A stretch of 64,000 nucleotides of DNA, taken from Dehalococcoidia bacterium. GTDB taxonomy: Bacteria > Chloroflexota > Dehalococcoidia > Lucifugimonadales > CAJWER01. The position numbers were made by a program, and so were the translations under genes. This document shows, piece after piece, positions 1-8,900 of this stretch (position 1 is its first letter; each line of letters begins with the position of its first letter). The DNA is taken from contig CBDHCU010000001.1 of assembly GCA_965261325.1 (NCBI GenBank), forward strand, positions 357,620 to 421,619, written 5' to 3'. The notes below the pieces were generated by a model. It saw nothing but the letters and a program-made list of their open reading frames with translations, was not told where the DNA came from and made no database searches.

Positions 1-25
1 CAGGCTCTTCGCGGGAATGACGGCT
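1..25 (-). repeat. REP-like palindromic element, truncated by the window edge
   Basis: ggctcttcgcgggaatgacgg is the reverse complement of the gtcattcccgcgaagagcc core, which recurs at ~4945, 23316 and 42571. Confidence 0.6.
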
Positions 26-41
26 TTACGGCGCGCTCAAA

Positions 42-98
42 ATAAAATTGGTATAATAAAATTGGTATAAGGACGCAGCCCGACACGGGTTAAGGAGG
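42..98 (+). promoter_or_regulatory. AT-rich leader of the GLUG gene: perfect tandem 14-bp duplication, -10-like boxes and RBS
   Basis: ataaaattggtata occurs twice back to back (42-55 and 56-69). It contains TATAAT at 52-57 and TATAAG at 66-71. AAGGAGG at 92-98 lies 7 nt before the ATG at 106. No good -35 box was found. Confidence 0.35.
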
Positions 99-105
99 AC
101 AGAAC

Positions 106-3100
106 ATGGCTTTCACTACATTCCGACACCTGAGTTCTAGCGGCGCATCCACCCTTGTCCGATTCGCCGTGCTTGCGGCGGCGATGCTGGCAATCGTGCT
201 GCTCTCCGGCGGGCTCGTATTCGCCCAATCCAACACGGTTGACTACGACACCGACGACGACGGCCTCATCGAGGTGTCCAACCTGTGGCACCTCAACGCC
301 ATCCGCGACGACCTGGACGGCGGCGGCTGGACCGGCGGCACCTTTGCCAGCTACACCGCAGCCTTCGCCAACACCGTATCGGGCATGGGCTGTCCCGACA
401 CCGGCTGCCGGGGTTACGAGTTGGTCGCCGACCTCGACTTCGACACCAACGGCAATGGCTATGCCGACGAAGGCGATATCTTCTGGAACGGCGGCGCCGG
501 CTGGGACCCAATTGGCGATAAAAACAACGGCTACACCGCCGAGTTCAACGGCAACGGCCACACCATCTCCAACCTGTACATCAACCGCAGCGGCGGCCAT
601 ATTGCGCTGTTCGCCGAGATTACAGGCAGCGGCTTTATCCATCATGTCGGCCTGCTCAACGTCAACATTACCGGCGGCGGTTGGACCGCGGCCCTTGTGG
701 GCCATTTGAATACCAGTGCGGGAGCGGTGTCAGCCAGCTACGCCACCGGCCGGGTTGCCGGCGGCGACGAGACCGGCGGTCTGGTGGGTGACAGCAACGG
801 CTGGGTGGTGGCCTCCTGGACCGACACGGTCGTGACCGGAGGCGACGACGTGGGCGGCGTGGTGGGCGAAAACAGCGGCGCCATACTGAGCGTCTACGCC
901 TTGGGCACGGTGAGCGGCTCCAGTGATACGCACGGCGTCGTGGGCTATACCGAGAACCAGAAGGACCTGGAAAGCACCGGCGTCTATTACAACTCCGACC
1001 GCTATCAGGTGGACCACTTTCCCTACTCCCGGACACTATCGGCGCTGAAAGATCCCACAGGCTACAGCGGCATCTACGCTAAATGGAACGTGGACACGGA
1101 CCGCCTTCCGGCCGGGGTCTATTCCCTGGACGACCCCTGGGACTTCGGCACGTCCGGCGAATTGCCGGCGCTGAAGGCGGACCGCAACGGCGACGGCGTT
1201 GCCACCTGGCAGGAGTTTGGCCGCCAGCGGCGAGGAGGCAAGGACTACGACCAGAACGACAACGGCCTCATCTATGTGTCCAACTGGGAGAGGCTCAACG
1301 CCATCCGCTACGACCTGGACGGCGACGGCGCCCCTTCGACCGAGATCGGCCTGTACTTGCGGGCCTACCCCAACGCCGCGTACAACATGGGCTGCCCGAA
1401 AACCTGCAAGGGCTACGAACTGACTGTCGATCTGGACCACGATACCAGGGGCAGGGCAGGCGTCGGCCCCGCCGACCCCTACTGGAACGACGGCGCGGGC
1501 TGGCGTCCCATCGGCCACGACGACGACGGCGCTTACACCGGGGAGTTCGACGGCAACGGCCGCAGCATCTCCAACCTGTACATCAACCGGGGGGCGAAAC
1601 GCGTGGGTCTGTTCGGCACGATCGGCGGCTCCGCTTACATACATCATGTAGGGCTGCCCTACGTCAATATAACCACCACCGGCCATGACGTAGGCGCGCT
1701 GGTGGGCTTTGTGAAAGGCAACCAGGCCCGGGTGTCCGCCAACTTCGCCACCGGCTCGGTGGTCGGCGGCGGCCAGACCGGCGGGCTGGTGGGCAGCAAC
1801 CAGGGCTACGTGAGGGCTAACTGGGCGGAGGCAGCCGTACACGGCGCCAAGCACGTGGGCGGACTGGTCGGCCACAACGGGGGCGAAGTCAGCGCCGCCT
1901 ATTCCCTGGGCACGGTATCCGGCAGCGACCGGATCCACGGCGTGGTGGGCTGGACCGACGGCGGCGTCCTGAACGAAGTCTATTTCCGTTCCGACATCAA
2001 CCCGGATATCGACGACACACACGCCAAGACCAAGGCGGAGCTGGCAACGCCCACGGACTACACCAGCATCTACGAAAACTGGGACGTGGATCTGGACGGG
2101 GACGGCGCCTCAGACGACCCCTGGGACTTCTGGACCGAAAAACGCTATCCCAGGCTGAAGGCGGACCGCAACGGCGACGGCCGGTTCACCCGCGACGAGT
2201 TCGAGGGCCAGAACCCGGGGGACATCATAGGTAACCTGGAGGACTACGACACCGACGACGACAACCTGATCGAAGTGACCAACCTAGACCAGTTGAACGC
2301 CGTGCGCTACGACCTGGACGGAAACGGCGAATACGACGAACTGGACGCCCGGCAGTACCAACAGGCTTACCCCGACCACCTGGCGGGGCTGGGCTGCCCG
2401 GAAACCTGCAAAGGCTATGAGCTTGCCACCGACCTGGACTTCGACACCAAGGGCCGGGCCGGCGTCGGTCCCGCCGACCCCTACTGGAACGACGGCGCCG
2501 GCTGGGAACCCATCGGAAACGGCTCCGGAGCCTACACAGGGGAGTTCCACGGCAACAGCCGCTCCATCTCCAACCTGTACATCGACCGGGAGCAGAAACG
2601 CGTAGGGCTGTTCGGCCAGATCGGCGGCTCCGCTTACATACATCACGTGGGGCTACCCAACGCCAACGTAACCACCACCAGCCATGACGCAGGCGCGCTG
2701 GTGGGCTTTATGCAGGGCAACCGGACCCGGGTATCCGCCAGCTACGCCACCGGCGCGGTGACCGGTGGCGGCCAGACCGGCGGGCTGGTCGGCAGCAACC
2801 AGGGCTACGTGAAGGCGGCCTGGACCGAGGTAAGCGTACAAGGAGCCAAGCACGTGGGCGGCGTTGTGGGAAGTAGCGAAGGCTCCGTGCATAGCGTCTA
2901 CGCGCTGGGCACGGCATCCGGCGACGACCGGGTTCACGGTGTGGTGGGCTACACCTACCACCAGACCGACCTGGCCACCGCTGGCGTCTACTACAACGGC
3001 GACGTCAACCCGGTGAGTTCACCGCCCTACTCCCAGACCACCGCCGCCCTGAAGGCCCCCACCGACTATACGGGGATCTACGCCAGCTGGAACACAGACC

Positions 3101-3201
3101 TGGACGGCGACGGGGTGGTCGACGACCCCTGGGATTTCGGCACAGCCAGCGACTACCCGCGCCTGAAGGCCGACCGCAGCAGCGAGGATGGCGGGCTGTA
3201 G
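106..3201 (+). CDS. Secreted GLUG-motif repeat protein, three tandem ~334-aa units
   Basis: 1031-aa ORF with an N-terminal hydrophobic signal (LVRFAVLAAAMLAIVLLSGGLVFA). Units start at ~241, ~1243 and ~2242. Each unit starts with DYDxDDDxLIEVxNLxQLNAxRxDLDGxG, then a CPxxxCxGYEL motif, repeated GGLVG/GGVVG/HGVVG (GLUG-type) motifs, and PWDFGTxxxxPxLKADRNGDG (an EF-hand-like DxNxDG loop). Strong RBS. Confidence 0.8.
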   Translation: MAFTTFRHLSSSGASTLVRFAVLAAAMLAIVLLSGGLVFAQSNTVDYDTDDDGLIEVSNLWHLNAIRDDLDGGGWTGGTFASYTAAFANTVSGMGCPDTGCRGYELVADLDFDTNGNGYADEGDIFWNGGAGWDPIGDKNNGYTAEFNGNGHTISNLYINRSGGHIALFAEITGSGFIHHVGLLNVNITGGGWTAALVGHLNTSAGAVSASYATGRVAGGDETGGLVGDSNGWVVASWTDTVVTGGDDVGGVVGENSGAILSVYALGTVSGSSDTHGVVGYTENQKDLESTGVYYNSDRYQVDHFPYSRTLSALKDPTGYSGIYAKWNVDTDRLPAGVYSLDDPWDFGTSGELPALKADRNGDGVATWQEFGRQRRGGKDYDQNDNGLIYVSNWERLNAIRYDLDGDGAPSTEIGLYLRAYPNAAYNMGCPKTCKGYELTVDLDHDTRGRAGVGPADPYWNDGAGWRPIGHDDDGAYTGEFDGNGRSISNLYINRGAKRVGLFGTIGGSAYIHHVGLPYVNITTTGHDVGALVGFVKGNQARVSANFATGSVVGGGQTGGLVGSNQGYVRANWAEAAVHGAKHVGGLVGHNGGEVSAAYSLGTVSGSDRIHGVVGWTDGGVLNEVYFRSDINPDIDDTHAKTKAELATPTDYTSIYENWDVDLDGDGASDDPWDFWTEKRYPRLKADRNGDGRFTRDEFEGQNPGDIIGNLEDYDTDDDNLIEVTNLDQLNAVRYDLDGNGEYDELDARQYQQAYPDHLAGLGCPETCKGYELATDLDFDTKGRAGVGPADPYWNDGAGWEPIGNGSGAYTGEFHGNSRSISNLYIDREQKRVGLFGQIGGSAYIHHVGLPNANVTTTSHDAGALVGFMQGNRTRVSASYATGAVTGGGQTGGLVGSNQGYVKAAWTEVSVQGAKHVGGVVGSSEGSVHSVYALGTASGDDRVHGVVGYTYHQTDLATAGVYYNGDVNPVSSPPYSQTTAALKAPTDYTGIYASWNTDLDGDGVVDDPWDFGTASDYPRLKADRSSEDGGL

Positions 3202-3245
3202 CTGTAGCGTAATAGACCGCAATCCCGCAGAAAACAGAGGGGCCT

Positions 3246-4307
3246 ATGACTTACCGGAAGCTGAGCATACTGGCCTTGGCGGCGCTGGCTGTCCTGCTTC
3301 CCATTCTCCTGATCGCCTGCGGCAATGGAGACGCCGGGCTGTCCCGCGCCGAGGTCGAGGAGATAGTGCGCGAGGAGATGGCCGACGCGCCTGCGCCCGG
3401 ACTCACCGCCGCTGAGGTCGAAGAGGCCATCCGGGCGGCGCTGGCGGACATGCCCCAGCCCGAATCGGGGCTGTCCGAAGAAGAGGTCGAGCGGATAGCG
3501 CGCGGCGTGGTGGCCTCCATCCCATCTAGGTCCAGCCCCATCGAGTACACCAAGTTCTTCGTAGATAAGGCCATCAGCAGGTACGACACCCAGGGACTCG
3601 ACGCCACCCTCGCCTACTACAACCGCCCGGAGAGCATCGACGGCCAGTGGTATGTGTTCATCGTCGATGAGAACGACCTGGTCATCGGCCATCCCGACCC
3701 TCACCGCCTGAGGCTTGACCTGAAGGGCTGGGTCGGCACCGACGCCAACGGGTACAACTTCGGGCCGGAGATGCTTTCTGCCACCGAGGACGGCAAGTGG
3801 GTGTCCTACGTATACAGGAACCCGGAGAGCGGCGGACTCGGTTCCGACAACACCGGGGCCATGCAGCTCAAGAACGCCTGGGTTGTGAAGCACGACGGGC
3901 TGCTGTTCGCCTCCGGCTGGTATGTCAACGCCGACGAATTCACCAAGTCCCTGGTGTTCGCCGCCGTCAGCAAGTTCCGTTCGGCGGGACTGGAAGCGAC
4001 CATCGCATACTTCACCGGCCCCGAGAGCGTTTATTCAGGATTGGCAGCGACCATCGACTACTACAACAGCGCCGAGAACGTTGAAGGGGATTGGTTCGCG
4101 TTCATAGCAGACAGCAGCGGCACAATCGTAGACCACTACGACAAAACACTGGTGGGAACGGACCTCAAGGACATGCTCGGCACGGATATATTCGAGGTCC
4201 CCGCAGAGGGCAACTGGGTCACCACGGAGTCCGTACGCGTCTGGGTGGTCGGCTACGACGGTATGGTGTTCGGCTCCGGCTGGCGTAATGACGAACCGGG
4301 CGACTGA
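3246..4307 (+). CDS. Lipoprotein with two Cache-like (single-Cache type) extracellular ligand-binding repeats
   Basis: Signal plus lipobox (LLPILLIAC-GNG). There are two internal repeats of the pattern YYN..E...G.W..FI.D..g.i..H.D......DlkG.....G.......... ending in vvkhDGllFaSGWY / VVGYDGMVFGSGW. This pattern is typical of sCache/PDC folds. Confidence 0.55.
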   Translation: MTYRKLSILALAALAVLLPILLIACGNGDAGLSRAEVEEIVREEMADAPAPGLTAAEVEEAIRAALADMPQPESGLSEEEVERIARGVVASIPSRSSPIEYTKFFVDKAISRYDTQGLDATLAYYNRPESIDGQWYVFIVDENDLVIGHPDPHRLRLDLKGWVGTDANGYNFGPEMLSATEDGKWVSYVYRNPESGGLGSDNTGAMQLKNAWVVKHDGLLFASGWYVNADEFTKSLVFAAVSKFRSAGLEATIAYFTGPESVYSGLAATIDYYNSAENVEGDWFAFIADSSGTIVDHYDKTLVGTDLKDMLGTDIFEVPAEGNWVTTESVRVWVVGYDGMVFGSGWRNDEPGD

Positions 4308-4675
4308 GGTGCAAATTCCGTTGTCGTGGGCGGTGCAGACCGGGCAGTCCGGGGAAAGAGTCGTCTTTCCGCCCACCGCCTGCGCCGGAGACGACCTGAC
4401 GGGCGGGCCCGGCGAAACGGTGACTCTGCAAGGCACTTGCAGCGCCAACCCCCAGGGGGGCCTGGTGGCAGATGGCGCACCAGTGGACGCAGGTGTCGGG
4501 GCCGACCGTGACGCTGACACATCCGAAGACATTCCAGCCGGCGGCAAACTTCGGCGACCCCTCGTTCACGATTCCCGCCGACGCTGCCGCCGGCACGAAG
4601 CTGGAGTTCCAGCTGACCGTGACCGACAAGGAAGGGGAATCCCATTCCGACACGGTGATCGTGACCGTCACCTAG
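4288..4675 (+). pseudogene. Orphan PKD-like module (CAGxDL...HQWTQxSGPTVTL...LTVTDKEGESxSDTV) split by a +1 frameshift in a G6 run
   Basis: Frame 1 reads PTACAGDDLTGGPGETVTLQGTCSANPQG up to ~4458. Frame 2 continues AWWQMAHQWTQVSGPTVTLTHP...EFQLTVTDKEGESHSDTVIVTVT and stops at 4673-4675. Joined, this matches the C-terminal modules of giant genes 1 and 2. The switch lies in cccccagggggg (4449-4460). There is no signal peptide and no upstream domains. Confidence 0.6.
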
Positions 4676-4711
4676 GAGAGCGGCGACAGTGGTTAAGAGA
4701 AAAATCGGGCA

Positions 4712-4853
4712 CTAGTACTGCTTCAATCTAAATATGACAGAACCCTCGGATTGCCGTCATTCCCGCGAAAAGCCTGCCCCCGAGTAGTCGGGGGCGGGAA
4801 CCCAGAGGGGCGGGGGCTGGACGTTCGCCAAAACTACCTGGAAACGGTACTAG
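4712..4853. mobile_element. MITE-A copy 1 (142 bp), CTAG-bounded, carrying a nested REP hairpin
   Basis: Imperfect terminal inverted repeats: ctagtactgcttcaa at the left end and the reverse complement of ggaaacggtactag at the right. A near-identical copy lies at 35155-35274 and a partial copy at 41291-41388. The interior is ttcccgc-gaaa...-gcgggaa with an extra inner hairpin gcccccga-gtag-tcgggggc. Confidence 0.7.
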
Positions 4854-5241
4854 GTTGTGTTGACATTCGAGCGGCTCCCAGTCAAATGTCATTGCTATGA
4901 AAATAGACAGCAGACAGCCACACCCGTCATTCCCGCGCTCCCTTCCGTCATTCCCGCGAAGAGCCTGCCCCCGAGCAGTCGGGGGCGGGAACCCATCCCC
5001 GGCAGGTGGCTTGGAGCCTGCCCTGTGCCTGACACGGAGCTCAGCCGCCCTGGACTCCCGCCTTCGCGGGAGTGACGATGGGGTAGGCCACGCCATTTTC
5101 ATCCCCTTATGTGGCCTGCGCAAAGGCCATAGTGATTCTGAACGTAGCGCAGCGGAGTGAAGAATCTAGGTGGTAGCCTTTGTGCAAGGTTCTTAGATTC
5201 CTCGCTGCGCTCGGAATGACACAAATGTCAACACAACCTAG
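4850..5241. mobile_element. MITE-B copy 1 (392 bp) with perfect 18-bp terminal inverted repeats
   Basis: ctaggttgtgttgacatt at 4850-4867 is the exact reverse complement of aatgtcaacacaacctag at 5224-5241. A second copy lies at 38275-38581. The interior holds REP cores and a long hairpin (gattctgaacg.agcgcagcggagtgaagaatc...gattcctcgctgcgctcggaatgac). It shares the CTAG at 4850-4853 with MITE-A. Confidence 0.8.
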
Positions 5242-5603
5242 TCCCCTGACACAACGCCGCCGGCAGGTCTATCAAGGCTGCCGGCGGCAGTGCGTCGAGT
5301 ACCGGGCTGACCCGGGGCAGTGACCCGCATCAGGCGGGCAGCGCCCCGGGTCAGGTTCTTGGGGACGGATCTGGCTGCTGCCAGAACCCAAGTTCAACTT
5401 CGAGGCCGCCCGCCATGCCACCGCCTGAAAACCCCATACGAACCCCTGCCACCCCCGCGAACACGGTTTTTTTTATAAGCCCTCGACGCATCTTCGGGAC
5501 TACCCAAGCCCAAATCCGGTCCGCCACACTGCGCGCCCGCGCCTGGCCCCCACCAGGGCTATTGCCCCTGCTTCCGTGGACCCTCTCGGCCTGAGGATGT
5601 GGG

Positions 5604-5860
5604 GTAGCTGTTCAGACTTGAGGGATTCCGAGCGCCTGACGGTCGAAAATCGGGGGCGAATCCCCGTTGGTGACGCTCAGGTTGGTGGCTATCAAACGGC
5701 TTTCGCCCCAGAGCCTTTCCATTGTTGAGATAGGGTCGTACCTTGCCGTTCGGCCTGAGCTTGTCGAAGGCCCCAATTGTGGTTCGACAGGCTCACCACG
5801 AACGGACTTTGGAAAGGCCCTGCTTTCGCCCAATTCGACTCACCGGGTCTGAACAGTTAC
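5604..5860. mobile_element. MITE-C candidate copy 1 (TIR gta[ag]ctgttcagac)
   Basis: gtagctgttcagac at 5604-5617 pairs with gtctgaacagttac at 5847-5860 (13 of 14). The same inverted termini recur at 28221-28343, but the interiors differ. This copy encloses the 87-bp dispersed repeat. Confidence 0.45.
5736..5822. repeat. 87-bp dispersed repeat, copy 1 (FDKLRPNG / PELVEG-type element)
   Basis: tcgtaccttgccgttcggcctgagcttgtcgaaggccccaattgtggttcgacaggctcaccacgaacggactttggaaaggccctg is identical at 25385-25471. Confidence 0.85.
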
Positions 5861-5972
5861 GATGTGGTCAATAGTCCCGGCAGAACAATTAAAGCAGGTA
5901 TAATCACCGATCGAGACAATAGAAGCCTTCCGGGAGCAGACTAACTCAGAACAACCCCAACGCTGGTACGGA

Positions 5973-8900
5973 ATGGAGTTCGACCTTATGAGCGAAATCC
6001 AGATGGGTAGTAGGGTGAAAACGCTGGGGGTACTCCTGGCGCTCGCGGCGGTATTGCTGGCCTCGGCGCTATTCGCCGCCAGCGCGGAGGCACAGACCGT
6101 CCCGCCGGACGCCGGCATCTGCGGCCGCACGCAACAGGTGCAGGACGCCCTGATGGCAAGTATCCCGGGAGTGTCCACCTGCGGCGCAGTAACCCTGGCC
6201 CAACTGAGGGCAGCGTGGACGGCAGATACACCTCTCAACCTGAACTCAAAGGTAATTACGGCGCTGAAACCGGGCGACTTCATCGGGTTGGAAGCAATCA
6301 CCAGCATCGACCTGAGCAGCAACCAGCTCAGCACGATTCCAGCCAATCTGTTCGCCGATACGCCAGCGCTGGAAGAACTCAATCTAAGCGGTAACCAGTT
6401 CAGCAGTCTCCCGAACGGGCTGTTTACCGGGACCCCGGACCTGGAAGAACTCAATCTAAGCGCCAACCAACTCACCGCGTTCCCGACCGGGCTGTTCGCC
6501 AGCGAACCGGAGCTGAAACGGCTCGACCTCAGCAGCAACCAGATCAGCAGCCTCCCTGCCGCGCTGTTTACCGAGATCCCGATACTGGACGAACTCAATC
6601 TGAGCGGTAACCGGTTCACCGCGGTCCCAGACCTGTTCGACACATTGCCGGATCTGCGACAGCTCAACCTGAGCGGCAACCAGATCAGCGCCCTGGCGGA
6701 CGGAGCGTTCTCCGGCGCCAGGGCGCTGACACACCTGAATCTGTCAGGCAACAGCACCGATCCACTGATAATCCCAATTACCATCGAAAGAACCGTATCC
6801 AAGGAGTTCAAGGTACTGGCGCCTACCGGAGCGCCGCGCAACATTCCGATGGACATCGGAGTTCGAAACGGGGAGGTGACCTTTGGGACGCCTACAATTC
6901 CCAAGGGCGCAGTAGAAAGCGGCCTATTCACTATACAGCGCACCCCCGGTCAGACTGGACCCCTCATCATCGGTGCAACGGTCTCGGGAACATCGGAGGA
7001 AATTTTCCACAGTGGCTACACGATTAGCACCCCGTCAACCCTGGAGATGGAAGTAGACCCAGGGGTTTTCCTGGACAAGAGAGAACTCAAAATTCAGGAA
7101 CTCCAGGGCATCACGGATTCCGGTGGCAATGAGGTAACCCAAGGCAGCGACAAATACACAGTGACGCTGGACACCGACCCGGGCGGCACGGTGACGATCA
7201 CGCCGACGAGCCTGGATCCAACTGTGGCTACGCTGGAGACGCAACTACTTACCTTCACATCGGGAAACTGGTCCTCACCACAAGATGTCAACATCACAAT
7301 CCAGTACGATGACAACAAAGTCAGTGAGCGTACGGCTATCACCCACACCATCAGCGGCTACGGTGAACTAACGGCACTCAGAGATATGCCTGTGGAGATA
7401 CTGGACAATGAACAACCTATCTTCACAGAGGGTGAAACACCAGATGGAGTAGCCCGCCGAACGATAGCTGAGAACCCGGCGGCGGGAACGCCCATCGGCC
7501 TCCCTGTCATCGCAACGGACAACGACGATGACGGGGGACCCGATGAACTTCTGTACACGTATTCGCAATCAGTCAACTCTGATACAGAACGTTTCACCCT
7601 AAATCCCGCCACCGGCCAGCTGAGCACCAAAGCAGGCGAGATTTACGACTACGAGACCGAACCCGTCTTCCGGATTGGCATGTTGGTAAACGATGGCAGA
7701 GGCGGCGTCGACTCCATCAACGTCATCATCAGACTCACCGACGTAAACGACGCGCCCGTGTTCACCGAGGGCGACCCCACAACCCGCAGCCTGCCGGAGA
7801 ACAGCGGGGCCAACGTCAACGTGGGCGATCCGGTGTCGGCCACGGACCAGGACCGCTCCGAAGACACCCTGGTCTATTCCATCTCCGAAGCGGCAACAGA
7901 GGACAACGCCGACCGGGACTCCTTCAAGATAGAACCCAACACCGGCCAACTGACCACCAAAGAAGGCGTGAGCTACGACCACGAGACCAAGGCGTCCTAC
8001 TCGATAGTAGCTGAGGTAAGCGACGGCGCCGCCACCGACACCATCGCGGTGACGGTGAACCTGACCGACGTAAACGAAGCGCCGACGTTCGACGAGGGGG
8101 CTTCCACAACCCGCAGCCTGCCGGAGAACACGGCGGCGGGCCAGAACGTGGGCGCAGCGGTGTCGGCCACGGACCAGGACGGGAACACACTGACCTACAC
8201 ACTGTCGGGCACGGACGCCGGGTCCTTCGAGATAGTGGAGAGTAGCGGCCAGCTGACCACGAAGTCCGACGTGAGCTACGACTACGAGGCCAAGTCCACC
8301 TACTCGGTGACGGTGGAGGTGATGGAGGACACTACCGATGATTTCACCGACACCATCGCGGTGACGGTGAACCTGACGGACGCCAACGACGCGCCCGTGT
8401 TCAGCGAGGGCGAGAGCGCCACCCGCAGCGTCCCTGAAAACAGCGGGGCCAACGTCAACGTGGGCGCGGCGGTGTCGGCGACGGACCAGGACGGGAACAC
8501 GCTGACCTACACGCTGGGCGGCACGGACGCGGCAGCCTTCGAGATAGTGGAGAGCAGCGGGCAGCTGACCACCAAGTCCGGCGTGAGCTACGACCTGGAG
8601 ACCAAGGCCAGCTACTCGGTCACGGTGGGAGTGAGCGACGGAACCGCTGCCGACTCAATAGCGGTGACAGTGAACCTGACCGACGTAAATGACGCGCCCG
8701 TGTTCAGCGACGGCGACTCCACAACCCGCAGCGTCCCGGAGAACAGCGGTGCCAACGTCAACGTGGGCGACCCCCTGACTGCCACGGACCAGGACGGCAA
8801 CACGCTGACCTACACGCTGGGCGGCACGGACGCGGCTTCCTTCGAGATAGTGGCAAGCAGCGGGCAGCTGACCACCAAGTCCGGGGTGACCTACAACTAC

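Noticed and set aside
5262-5600. Possible small RNA or riboswitch in the long leader of giant gene 1, including the 12-bp-stem hairpin ctgacccggggc...gccccgggtcag near 5305-5355
   Set aside because: I could not match it to any known RNA family by eye, and no tRNA-like cloverleaf is evident. It remains unannotated rather than called.
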